Program-made: the position numbers and the translations under genes
Notes under the pieces: model-generated
Told to the model about the DNA's origin: nothing
What the model saw: only the letters and a program-made list of their open reading frames with translations
The model's database searches: none
In this document: in pieces, positions 34,191-42,319 of the stretch
Layout: every line of letters starts with the position of its first letter
Position numbering within the stretch: the stretch's first letter is position 1
Source: a virus
Lineage: Duplodnaviria > Caudoviricetes
Strand: one strand, 5' to 3'
Virus record (IMG/VR): IMGVR_UViG_2974651877_000001
Location: 49,761-113,760 of that record
DNA: 64,000 nt

Positions 34191-34626
34191 AATGATAATT
34201 ATTCAAGAAGCGAAATGATAATCATTTGCAAATGCGAATAGTTCTCATTTACCCCTGCGAGTACGAATGCGGTTGAATGAGAAGCATTATCATCTAGTTT
34301 ATTGCACAAATGGACAATATAAAATATGGCATGAATTTTGTTATCCACATGGCACGATTTTTGCTTTATCTCTGTAAGGCTCTCTGACGACTTGTCCACA
34401 CAGTTATCCACAGCTTATACCACTGTATAAATAAACAGTACCTTGCACGTAGTGCAATATTCTGAGTGCCCTTGAGAGGCTCTGTAAGGCTCTGTAAGCC
34501 GAGTTTCGTCGCCCTAGGTATTAAAGCAAGCCGACCATCCGCTAGCAGTCGTGCCCACGCACGTAACACAAATGATAATCATTCTCATTGCCGGACAGGC
34601 GCGGTCAAATGAGACTCATTCTCATT
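34191..34626. promoter_or_regulatory. cluster of Fur-, DnaA-, LexA- and sigma54-like sites
   Basis: AATGATAATCATTCTCATT 34571; TTATCCACA 34341 and 34404; CTGTATAAATAAACAG 34423; TGGCACGATTTTTGC 34350. Confidence 0.75.
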
Positions 34627-34640
34627 TAGGCGGTGGGCAC

Positions 34641-34666
34641 AAAAAATCCCGCACAGGGCGGGATTG
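34641..34666 (-). terminator. terminator of the minus-strand pre-early operon
   Basis: AAAAAATCCCGC-ACAGG-GCGGGATT on +, giving a hairpin plus U-tract on -. Confidence 0.8.
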
Positions 34667-34678
34667 GCATGATTATTG

Positions 34679-34900
34679 CTAGTCTATTTGAAAATCCTTT
34701 ACTATCTCTAAAAACTCACTGATTAAAATTCCATCGCAGCGAATTTCCTCATCGCTCATATGCAAATAGCGTACCACAAATTTATCATACTCTATTTGCT
34801 CTATTGACTCCACTATCTCATTTTTATAGTACAGTGGACGAAAACCGGACGCTTGCAAATGTTGCAAAAATGAGACAAGCATTTCACTAGGTCTTAACAT
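34679..34900 (-). CDS. pre-early hypothetical protein
   Basis: 73-aa ORF with GGAGG RBS. Confidence 0.7.
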   Translation of the reverse strand: MLRPSEMLVSFLQHLQASGFRPLYYKNEIVESIEQIEYDKFVVRYLHMSDEEIRCDGILISEFLEIVKDFQID

Positions 34901-34914
34901 GGCATCTTCCTCCG

Positions 34915-35142
34915 CTAGCTAATACTCACAAGGTGGGTGATTTTGTCAAACTCATCTTGTGTCATATTTAGGTCATTGCGCAACAATTCTAGGAAGCCTT
35001 CAGAAAAGTCACCTTTTGGGATGTGTTCGACAAAGAGGTTATCTAGCGTACCGTGAATTTCTTCCTCGCAGATTTCCCAAGTGTAGTCTGAAATTTCCGC
35101 AATCTCGAATTCAAGCGCAACGATGTGGTGTAATTTTGGCAT
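34915..35142 (-). CDS. pre-early acidic hypothetical protein
   Basis: 75-aa ORF with GGAG RBS. Confidence 0.7.
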   Translation of the reverse strand: MPKLHHIVALEFEIAEISDYTWEICEEEIHGTLDNLFVEHIPKGDFSEGFLELLRNDLNMTQDEFDKITHLVSIS

Positions 35143-35144
35143 GA

Positions 35145-35366
35145 TTATTGCTCCGTTACGTCTGTTATCTCATACGCACAGCTAGGGGATATAGTCACGT
35201 TTGGCTCATCCGTGCCTATCAACTTACCGCTAGTTGCACCGTTGCCACAATAGCTTTCCAAGTAGCATACCGATTCTGCTAATTCCGAGGCTTGCTCACC
35301 GTCTACAGCATCCACCTCGATAGTAAGGAAAACTGTTACTTCTGCTTCAATCGTAAATTTTGGCAT
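35145..35366 (-). CDS. pre-early acidic hypothetical protein
   Basis: 73-aa ORF with GAGG RBS. Confidence 0.7.
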   Translation of the reverse strand: MPKFTIEAEVTVFLTIEVDAVDGEQASELAESVCYLESYCGNGATSGKLIGTDEPNVTISPSCAYEITDVTEQ

Positions 35367-35368
35367 GA

Positions 35369-35557
35369 TTATTGCCTCACTGTCTTAAGTTCAACCAGAC
35401 CAACAATTCTAGGGTTACTGGTCACTATGCGGTAATACATTTCGTCCCGTAGCTCTTTGCTAGGGAACACCTTTGTGAATCGGCGGATACCTCCGCCGAG
35501 CACATCAACTTTTAGGTAGTAGATTATCTGATAAGCTAACATTGGTCTACTCTCCAT
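35369..35557 (-). CDS. pre-early hypothetical protein
   Basis: 62-aa ORF; start may be the second Met. Confidence 0.6.
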   Translation of the reverse strand: MESRPMLAYQIIYYLKVDVLGGGIRRFTKVFPSKELRDEMYYRIVTSNPRIVGLVELKTVRQ

Positions 35558-35815
35558 CCATGCAGTACAAACCCAAGGCGACCAAGTTACATAAAATCAC
35601 TAAGACGCCTTGAAACGTGTGGGCAAGTTCCGTGCCAAAATAAATTCTGACTATCCCGAACAATGCCCCAAGGATAAATAACACTTTCAAAACTTAGCCC
35701 CTAGTAGTCAATCCCGCCACCACCCTTGTAAGGGTGTTTGCTCTCGTATATCACTAGGGCGATAATGTATGCCAGTGATAAGCCTAAACAGGTAATGAGA
35801 AACATTTTCATCCCC

Positions 35816-36082
35816 TTACATTTTTGCTCGTTGCGGTGCCTTGCCATCTCGCAACGTAAACCAGATAGCCCCTTTATTAAACAGGATACCGCAACGTGGT
35901 TCCCCTACTACGTGGTTATTGACTGCACTACGCTTTTTCAAGTGCTTGCAATCTACGTACGACTGGCGACCTTCACGGATACATTTGTGAACCATTGAGT
36001 CTAAGTCTGTTACTTCTACTTTAACTAACATACCATACCAACGATGAGTTGGGTCGTCTACTATAGCGTTATATGTATACAT
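35816..36082 (-). CDS. pre-early hypothetical protein
   Basis: 88-aa ORF with GAGGA RBS. Confidence 0.7.
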   Translation of the reverse strand: MYTYNAIVDDPTHRWYGMLVKVEVTDLDSMVHKCIREGRQSYVDCKHLKKRSAVNNHVVGEPRCGILFNKGAIWFTLRDGKAPQRAKM

Positions 36083-36135
36083 GGTCTTTTCCTCGCTCTT
36101 AGCGGATAGTGGTAGGGGCTTTCGCCCCTAGTTGG

Positions 36136-36339
36136 TTAGAATGGTTGCACGCCTTTGATGATAGCTTGTTCTAGCTCGCTTAACGTGTCACCTTGCACGG
36201 TCAGGACGTGACCTGAATCCACACGCTCCAAAACAACAGTTAGACCATATACTGCGCAATCAGCAATTGAGAAAATGGCATAGTCACTAGCGTTAGTCTC
36301 AATGATATTGGCTAGGGCTACTAGGTTAGATGCTTTCAT
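36136..36339 (-). CDS. pre-early hypothetical protein
   Basis: ATG 36339 after GGAG, downstream of a promoter. Confidence 0.7.
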   Translation of the reverse strand: MKASNLVALANIIETNASDYAIFSIADCAVYGLTVVLERVDSGHVLTVQGDTLSELEQAIIKGVQPF

Positions 36340-36399
36340 GGTAAATCTCCAAATCTCGGAAAATCCGTCCGGTCGGTCATACCTCGTTGGTATGTGTAT

Positions 36400-36428
36400 A
36401 TAATAGGGCAATCCGTTGCCCTAGTCAA
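36400..36428 (-). promoter_or_regulatory. sigma70 promoter with a palindromic spacer
   Basis: TTGACT-AGGGCAACGGATTGCCC-TATTAT on - strand. Confidence 0.7.
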
Positions 36429-36433
36429 GTGAC

Positions 36434-36730
36434 CTAGCTCACATTTCTGTCAAGATACACGTCTTCTACTTCTAGAACCACGGGCACTACCTCGGCATCT
36501 TCGCTTATGAAGTAATCGTCTCGGAATACCGACCAATCCGTTCTATGTGCCGATGCACTATTGATGGGTAAGTAAATTACATCCTCATCCGTGTCTGAAT
36601 ATGCGCACAAAGCTATCTTAACATTTTTCAGCTCTATATCCTCACCTCGGATAACAAAGGCTTGACCTTGTAGCAAATCGCGTGCCAAGAATTCTTTCTT
36701 GTCTTTTACTTCTTTTTTGTGAACAATCAT
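36434..36730 (-). CDS. pre-early hypothetical protein
   Basis: 98-aa ORF. Confidence 0.7.
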   Translation of the reverse strand: MIVHKKEVKDKKEFLARDLLQGQAFVIRGEDIELKNVKIALCAYSDTDEDVIYLPINSASAHRTDWSVFRDDYFISEDAEVVPVVLEVEDVYLDRNVS

Positions 36731-36740
36731 ATCCTACCCC

Positions 36741-37046
36741 TTACACTACGTAGTCAATTTGGTCTATACCAATTTCACGCCACACCTTAGAGTCACTATA
36801 AATAGACCAATCGTCTAACAGGTCTAGTATCTCGCTTTCTTGCTCTTTGTCGTAGATGCCTATAGTGTGCATATCATCGTTATAGAACACTAGCCCGTAT
36901 TTAGGATGTACCGTAACCAACAAGGACTCATCCGAGTCGATATACCATACCGTGTCTGAAGGGTCATCCGTTGCGGATAACATTGACAATTCCGCCAGTA
37001 TATAGTCAAGGGTAACTAGATTAGCTTTATCTTTTTGGTTAAACAT
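36741..37046 (-). CDS. pre-early acidic hypothetical protein
   Basis: 101-aa Asp-rich ORF with GGAG RBS. Confidence 0.7.
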   Translation of the reverse strand: MFNQKDKANLVTLDYILAELSMLSATDDPSDTVWYIDSDESLLVTVHPKYGLVFYNDDMHTIGIYDKEQESEILDLLDDWSIYSDSKVWREIGIDQIDYVV

Positions 37047-37258
37047 TTTACAGTCTCCAATGTGGGTATAGACCTACTGCCATAGCAGCGATAAACATAA
37101 CGCAAGCAATTAGTTCAAACATGTTATACCTACCTTGTCAAATAGTTTCTGCATACTACTAGCTGTAGTATATTCGCCAGTCTCTTTATTGAGACACCAC
37201 CAGATAACATCAAAATGAATACGGTACATGTTGTGCCCTCCTTGCCGCCTTCCCTTAT

Positions 37259-37286
37259 ATAGTAGTAATTCTAGCTCATTTGTCTA
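37259..37286 (-). promoter_or_regulatory. sigma70 promoter for the minus-strand pre-early genes
   Basis: TAGACA-N16-TACTAT on - strand. Confidence 0.55.
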
Positions 37287-37392
37287 ATAACATTTTGTTA
37301 TAAGAAGCAGCGAATCGGTGCCCAGGTATTATAAGCTCTGTAAGCGTTTCTGAGAGGTTTTAGAAAGAAGCCTTACTTTAATATGTCTAGGT

Positions 37393-38021
37393 TGTGGATA
37401 ACTGCTTAGAATGGATTCTACAGCCTAGAAACGGCATTCTGTAATTTATAAGTGCTTTTTTAGGGTGGATAACTTTACTTAGCCTGTTGATAAGTTGTGG
37501 ATATACAGTACATAACCAGTATTATTAGAACTTGCTAATGTGCATAAAGTTGTGAACAAAAGGCTTGGCATACATTTTGCCTTGCGAAAAGCGTGCCAAC
37601 GATTTTTCGACCTAAATGCAAAAGGTTCTCATCTGCGAATGCGAATCCCTATCATTAATATATAATATAGATTCTCATCTACGACGATTTTTGAGTTTGA
37701 AATTTCTTCTTGACTTTTCAAAAAAGCTCGTTCTCATTCTATTCACTAAAGTGCATGAATATGCAGTTTTAAAGGCAAAAGTGCATAAACTGTTTGGGAA
37801 TACCATTGCAAGGGTAGAGGCTAAAATCGCTTAGAAACGCTTACAGAGCGTTTTAGAGGCATGTACAAATATACAGTGTTTTCAAAACTGGCACGATTCT
37901 TGGGGGTTCGACCTAAATCACAGTTTTAATCAAAAGAGTTGTTTTTTGTTTCTAGGTATGGTAGACGCGCGCCCGTCTCATTATATTTATAGGGCAAATT
38001 TCGCTGATAGCCAAAACCTAT
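37393..38021. promoter_or_regulatory. second cluster of DnaA-, sigma54-, Fur-, ArgR- and LexA-like sites
   Basis: TGTGGATAA 37393 plus near-matches at 37464, 37485, 37496, 37539, 37551; TGGCATACATTTTGC 37566; AGTGCATGAATATGCAGT 37750. Confidence 0.7.
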
Positions 38022-38151
38022 CAATCTAGGGATTTTTAAAGATTTAAACGATTAGACTCTATTCCTAGATTCGCTATTATATACACATACCGCAGCAACA
38101 AGGCGGGACAGAAAAGCCGAAAAGCTTCTCGAAAAAAGTTTCAAAAAGTAG

Positions 38152-38214
38152 TTGACAAGCCTAACGGGTTTTTGAGATACTACTAACGTTCCCAAGGGAA
38201 CACGCTCTTTAACA
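38152..38214 (+). promoter_or_regulatory. rrn-like promoter with boxA antitermination element
   Basis: A-tract UP element, TTGACA-N18-GATACT, hairpin GTTCCCAAGGGAAC, then CGCTCTTTAACA. Confidence 0.75.
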
Positions 38215-38348
38215 ATTTGGATATGTTTTCTGTCAGGTAGCGAATAGTTCACTGACTAGGCATTTAACCAAGTGCCTAGTTCGGGGAATTGTCCCAATAA
38301 TTCGGGTGCTCATAACATCCGGCAAATCTGAAAAAGAGGAAACAAATT

Positions 38349-38834
38349 ATGACTAAGCAAACAACAGCAGCTTTTGAATGGAACAAAGAAACTGAATCAC
38401 AAGCAACAACTCTATACCGTGAACTTGTAGCGGAAGTTGGTTTAGAAACAGCTAATACAAACGTTGAGCTAGGCAAGATTGCAAAAGCGGTCGGTGCTAA
38501 ATCAGCTCAATCGGTACGCTCTAAACTGTCTACGCTTAAAGACGACGAAGGCGAACCAGTTTACCAAAAAGCTGCTAAAGCTCGCTCGGTACGTGGTAAA
38601 GTGAAAACCCAAAAAATTCACTATATCCGTGCATTGCAAAACCTAGCTACCGCTAACGGTGTGGAAGTGACAGGTCGCAAGTTCGAATCACTTGAGCAAG
38701 CTGTAGGTTCAGACTTGGAGCTAATCGTAGAACTAGCGGAAGCCCTAAGCGGTAAGCAGGTAATTGTTAACCCTGACGACACTCAAGCTGACGAAGAAGC
38801 GAAAGTCCCACGTCAAGAAACGGCTAAAGCGTAA
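38349..38834 (+). CDS. A2: A2 protein (pre-early DNA-binding protein, second-step transfer)
   Basis: F.WN.E...A...Y..L..E.GL..AN..L..IAKAVGA.S..SVRSKL matches T5 A2 as recalled; synteny. Confidence 0.9.
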   Translation: MTKQTTAAFEWNKETESQATTLYRELVAEVGLETANTNVELGKIAKAVGAKSAQSVRSKLSTLKDDEGEPVYQKAAKARSVRGKVKTQKIHYIRALQNLATANGVEVTGRKFESLEQAVGSDLELIVELAEALSGKQVIVNPDDTQADEEAKVPRQETAKA

Positions 38835-38991
38835 TGAATTGGTTAGTAATAGGCGTGCTAGTAGGTGCGTTTATATTGCCTAACCTTTTCTAACAGATTG
38901 CCCCCAAACGGGGGCAATTTACACTGTAAATTGATGGTCAGTTTACAGTGTAAATTTACACCACTAACCGCTATAAGCGAGGACATTACTA

Positions 38992-40659
38992 ATGACTATT
39001 TCTAGCAAAATCACTGACAACGCAACTGCAATCCTAAAGCTAGCCAAGGGTGAAAACTTTTGGGGCAAGCGCCTAGACTCTAAGCGCCGAGAGGTAGCAA
39101 TCGCAATCCGTGACGACTTGGAGCTAGGGGAGGGTGTACATTCTAGCGAGCTAATCGACTTTCTAGACGACAACCGACCAACTCCAAAATCCCAAACTAA
39201 ATCGCATACCAAACAGGCGAAAGAGGACATCGAACCAACTTTCGCAGGTTCAATGACAGGGCGTGAAACTGACGACTTAGACGACGGTATTTATATCATT
39301 ACGGCAGGGCAGAACAATACCCATCCACACCCAGTGCTGAAAACCTTGCTATCTATGGCAAATAATTACGGTGCTGAATTTGGTATCATGCCTATCAAAT
39401 ACACAACCACGTTGCAAGGTTTGGAGCGTAAAAAGCCTAGCTTCCATTCGGATGTGAAAGCCCACCTACTAACCTATGTTGACACTTGGTTAGGTGGTGA
39501 AGGTAATGTGCTGCTTGCTAATAGTGCGCAAATTTTGCCTACCGCTAAACAGCCTATTAACGCAGCCGAAAAGCTGAACACTGGCGAGTCAATCACGGTA
39601 GTTGCTAGCCCACGTCGTCAAACCAAGACACTATCTAGACAGAAAAACGGCTCACATCGTTGGGTGTACACAACGGCAGTTTGTACGCTCAAACACTACA
39701 CTGACAGCCGTGCAGGTGCGGAGGCTGAATCCGAGCATTGTTACGGCGGTCTACTAATTGAAGTACGTGACGGCTACGTCACTCACCGTCGCCTAGTAGC
39801 TGACGAAAACGGCGTTATCATTGATAACGGTTGGGTGTTCTTCCCTGACGGCTCAATTAAAGCATATGGGGAAGTGTTCGAAAGTCAGCCCGTAGTAGTG
39901 CTAGGTGATTTGCATTGCGAAAAAATGTGTGACGACTCATTCACCCGTGCCACCGAATGGGCTACAAAAGTTAACCCTAAAATGATAGTGGTACACGATG
40001 CGCTAGACTTTATGAGTCGCAACCACCACAACCGCGAAGACTGGACATTCTTATACCAGATGCAAGACCGTGCAGTTATCGAAGACCTGACCGACGTAAT
40101 TAACCACCTAAACGCATTGGCTGACATTGCGCCTGTCTTCATTGTCGAGTCAAACCACGACCTAGCCCTAGATTCCTGGTTGCGTGATAATCGCTTTGAT
40201 GTGCGCAAAGACCCGAAAAACGCCCGTACATACCATGCCTTGATGCTTGCTTACATTGAAGCTATGGATAACGGAACATTTAACGACCTAGCGAAAATGG
40301 ATTTAGCTTTCGCAGCATTAGCAGACCGCTTGCCAGAACTTAGCCCAAATATTGAGTTCGGTAAGATTGACGAGCAACGCCTTGCATTCGGTTATGATGT
40401 ATCAATGCATGGGCACGTTGGCACAGGCGGTGCCCGTGGTTCGGCTGTCAGCTTCAAGAAGATGCGTATTAAGACTGTAACAGGTCACACCCATTCACCT
40501 TTTGAAGATAACAATACTGTTGTCGTAGGTGTAACTGGTTCGATGGAAATGGGCTATAACAAAGGCGGTACAACTTGGGACAGAGCAAACGCCGTTATTT
40601 ACCCTAACTCTACACATCAACTAGTGCCTATGTACAAAGTGGGCGAATACCAATACTAA
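38992..40659 (+). CDS. A1: A1 protein (metallophosphoesterase-fold nuclease, second-step transfer)
   Basis: 555 aa; T.GQNNT, LGDLH, ESNHD, HGH.G..GARGS, GHTHSP and GYNKG motifs; A2-A1-dmp order. Confidence 0.92.
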   Translation: MTISSKITDNATAILKLAKGENFWGKRLDSKRREVAIAIRDDLELGEGVHSSELIDFLDDNRPTPKSQTKSHTKQAKEDIEPTFAGSMTGRETDDLDDGIYIITAGQNNTHPHPVLKTLLSMANNYGAEFGIMPIKYTTTLQGLERKKPSFHSDVKAHLLTYVDTWLGGEGNVLLANSAQILPTAKQPINAAEKLNTGESITVVASPRRQTKTLSRQKNGSHRWVYTTAVCTLKHYTDSRAGAEAESEHCYGGLLIEVRDGYVTHRRLVADENGVIIDNGWVFFPDGSIKAYGEVFESQPVVVLGDLHCEKMCDDSFTRATEWATKVNPKMIVVHDALDFMSRNHHNREDWTFLYQMQDRAVIEDLTDVINHLNALADIAPVFIVESNHDLALDSWLRDNRFDVRKDPKNARTYHALMLAYIEAMDNGTFNDLAKMDLAFAALADRLPELSPNIEFGKIDEQRLAFGYDVSMHGHVGTGGARGSAVSFKKMRIKTVTGHTHSPFEDNNTVVVGVTGSMEMGYNKGGTTWDRANAVIYPNSTHQLVPMYKVGEYQY

Positions 40660-40733
40660 ACCCCAAACCGTGACGGGCGCAAAATGTGACGCCCGTCACA
40701 CCTAACTAATCCGCAAAATGCGAGGGAATACCA

Positions 40734-41372
40734 ATGAATAAATTAAACCTATTAGCTCTATCAATGCAAACCGTTCACATCTTTGACCTAGACGGAACAA
40801 CCATAGACAGCTTTGAGCGTGTGGAGCCTTGTTTACGTGAAGGTGGCGACCTAGACCTAGACAAGTACCGCAAAGAAGCTTGTGTGCACGATAAGGTTAT
40901 GCGTGATAAGCTAATGCCGCTAGCCGATTACATGAAAGCCCTAATAGCTAAGGGCGAGATTGTTGTTATCTGCACAGCTCGACACATGGCTAATAGTGAT
41001 TACTACTATTTGCGCAAAAACGGTTTGCGTGTGCCTTTAGTGCTTAGTCGTGACCAACTACACAAACACTTCACAGCCGAGCAAGTACAGCGTATATACA
41101 ACTCAGGTGATGCAGCCTACAAGGGTGCTTACTTTGACATGTTGCTTGAGCGTTTCGGAACCAACCACGAATTTATCATGTACGACGACCATCAGGGCGT
41201 GCTCAAAGCAGCTAAGGCACGAGGCTTTACCGCTATTGATGCCACTAACTTAAACCTTATGCTTGAGATTGCATATCAGCAAGGCTTTAACGATATGGAG
41301 GAACTGGCGTATAGTGAAAGTGAATCTCTCATCGAATCGCTAACTGGTCAACTGTTAGGTGCTAGTGCATAA
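40734..41372 (+). CDS. dmp: deoxynucleoside 5'-monophosphatase (HAD)
   Basis: FDLDGTTIDSF.RV.PC, LDL.KY, CTAR and MYDD motifs; T5 synteny. Confidence 0.9.
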   Translation: MNKLNLLALSMQTVHIFDLDGTTIDSFERVEPCLREGGDLDLDKYRKEACVHDKVMRDKLMPLADYMKALIAKGEIVVICTARHMANSDYYYLRKNGLRVPLVLSRDQLHKHFTAEQVQRIYNSGDAAYKGAYFDMLLERFGTNHEFIMYDDHQGVLKAAKARGFTAIDATNLNLMLEIAYQQGFNDMEELAYSESESLIESLTGQLLGASA

Positions 41373-41663
41373 GATAACGGCAGGGCAGGCAATCGCACGA
41401 TGTACAGCGATTGCCTCCAAAAACAGACTAGACCTGTACAGGGTAGGCGGTAATGAGACTTGTTCTCATTAAGGGCACGTGGCGACCCCCCTTCATGTAC
41501 TACTTATGTGAATTTTGGTTTGGTATGTTATCGGTGCTAATAGAAACCAGAGCCCATAGAAACAGACTACTCGGCAGGTATCGGCGAAAACGGCAGTCCA
41601 AAAATTTTATTATGTGAAATTTCGTACTCGGCAAGGTTCGGCAACCCCATAACAAAATCATCT

Positions 41664-41691
41664 TTGCATCGGCGAATTTATATTATATAAT
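41664..41691 (+). promoter_or_regulatory. promoter for the terminase genes
   Basis: TTGCAT-N16-TATAAT. Confidence 0.55.
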
Positions 41692-41729
41692 AATCACAAG
41701 ATTTACGAATTTTTGATGAGGAGTACTCG

Positions 41730-42200
41730 ATGTCAGATGAAGATAAACTACTTCCGGAGATAATGGCTCCGGAGGGGTTGTTAGTTGCTGAGGCCTATCT
41801 TGAGACAGGCACTGTAGCGGCAGCCGCAGAAAAACTAGGCATGGGTGTGGAGGTTGTAGCGGCCCAAATGAAGACCCCTGAGGTTAGGCACTACATAAAC
41901 TCTGTGTTCATGGAAACGGGATTTAGGAACCGAGACAGATTATTCGGACTCCTAGATGAAATAATTAATAGAAAAATCGCAGAGGCGGAAGAGTCCGGCA
42001 TAGTATCGGAGGATGACCTACTATCTGTACTAGAGAAAGTACATAAAATGAAGATGGCTGAGCTTAACATGGAGATTAAGCTTATAGAGGCCCAAAACAA
42101 ACAGAAAGCCCCTGCAAATCAAACTAACATCCAGAATAACTTTTCAGGTTCCGAGGGGATGAACGGTCTTCTAGGTTCGCTGATTAACGGGAAATCATGA
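41730..42200 (+). CDS. terminase small subunit
   Basis: PE.MAPEG..V.EAYL, HTH region, F.E.GFRNRDRLF; position before TerL as in T5. Confidence 0.88.
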   Translation: MSDEDKLLPEIMAPEGLLVAEAYLETGTVAAAAEKLGMGVEVVAAQMKTPEVRHYINSVFMETGFRNRDRLFGLLDEIINRKIAEAEESGIVSEDDLLSVLEKVHKMKMAELNMEIKLIEAQNKQKAPANQTNIQNNFSGSEGMNGLLGSLINGKS

Positions 42201-42319
42201 TGAGTAAGTTTCAGATACTCCTAGCTATTGTATTTAGAGAGCTACTAAACTCTAGGGCTTGCTGGTCTATGATATTCCTAATTGTAGGAGTAATTTTATG
42301 CTTTGTAGTAGGGATATAG
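42197..42319 (+). CDS. small hydrophobic protein (40 aa)
   Basis: ATGA overlap with the terS stop; MMSKFQILLAIVFRELLNSRACWSMIFLIVGVILCFVVGI. Confidence 0.5.
   Translation: MMSKFQILLAIVFRELLNSRACWSMIFLIVGVILCFVVGI

Noticed and set aside
34443-34457. TTGCAC-GTA-GTGCAA as an NtrC site
   Set aside because: Spacer is 3 bp; NtrC needs TGCAC-N7-GTGCA. The palindrome is real but unassigned
34199-34569. Minus-strand ORFs 34199-34411 and 34366-34569
   Set aside because: Downstream of the operon terminator and made of binding-site motifs; no RBS
37616-38252. ORFs 37616-37834 (+) and 38052-38252 (-)
   Set aside because: Lie in the regulatory block across motif clusters and the promoter; no RBS
40670-40699. 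matS site (GTGACRNYGTCAC)
   Set aside because: The sequence is GTGAC-GCCC-GTCAC, one base too long; better explained as the hairpin after A1
42259-42297. Track start of terL at TTG 42259 (similarly 48253, 56436, 59952)
   Set aside because: Downstream ATGs (42298, 48289, 56481, 59964) have better RBS or coupling and match the T5 N-termini as recalled
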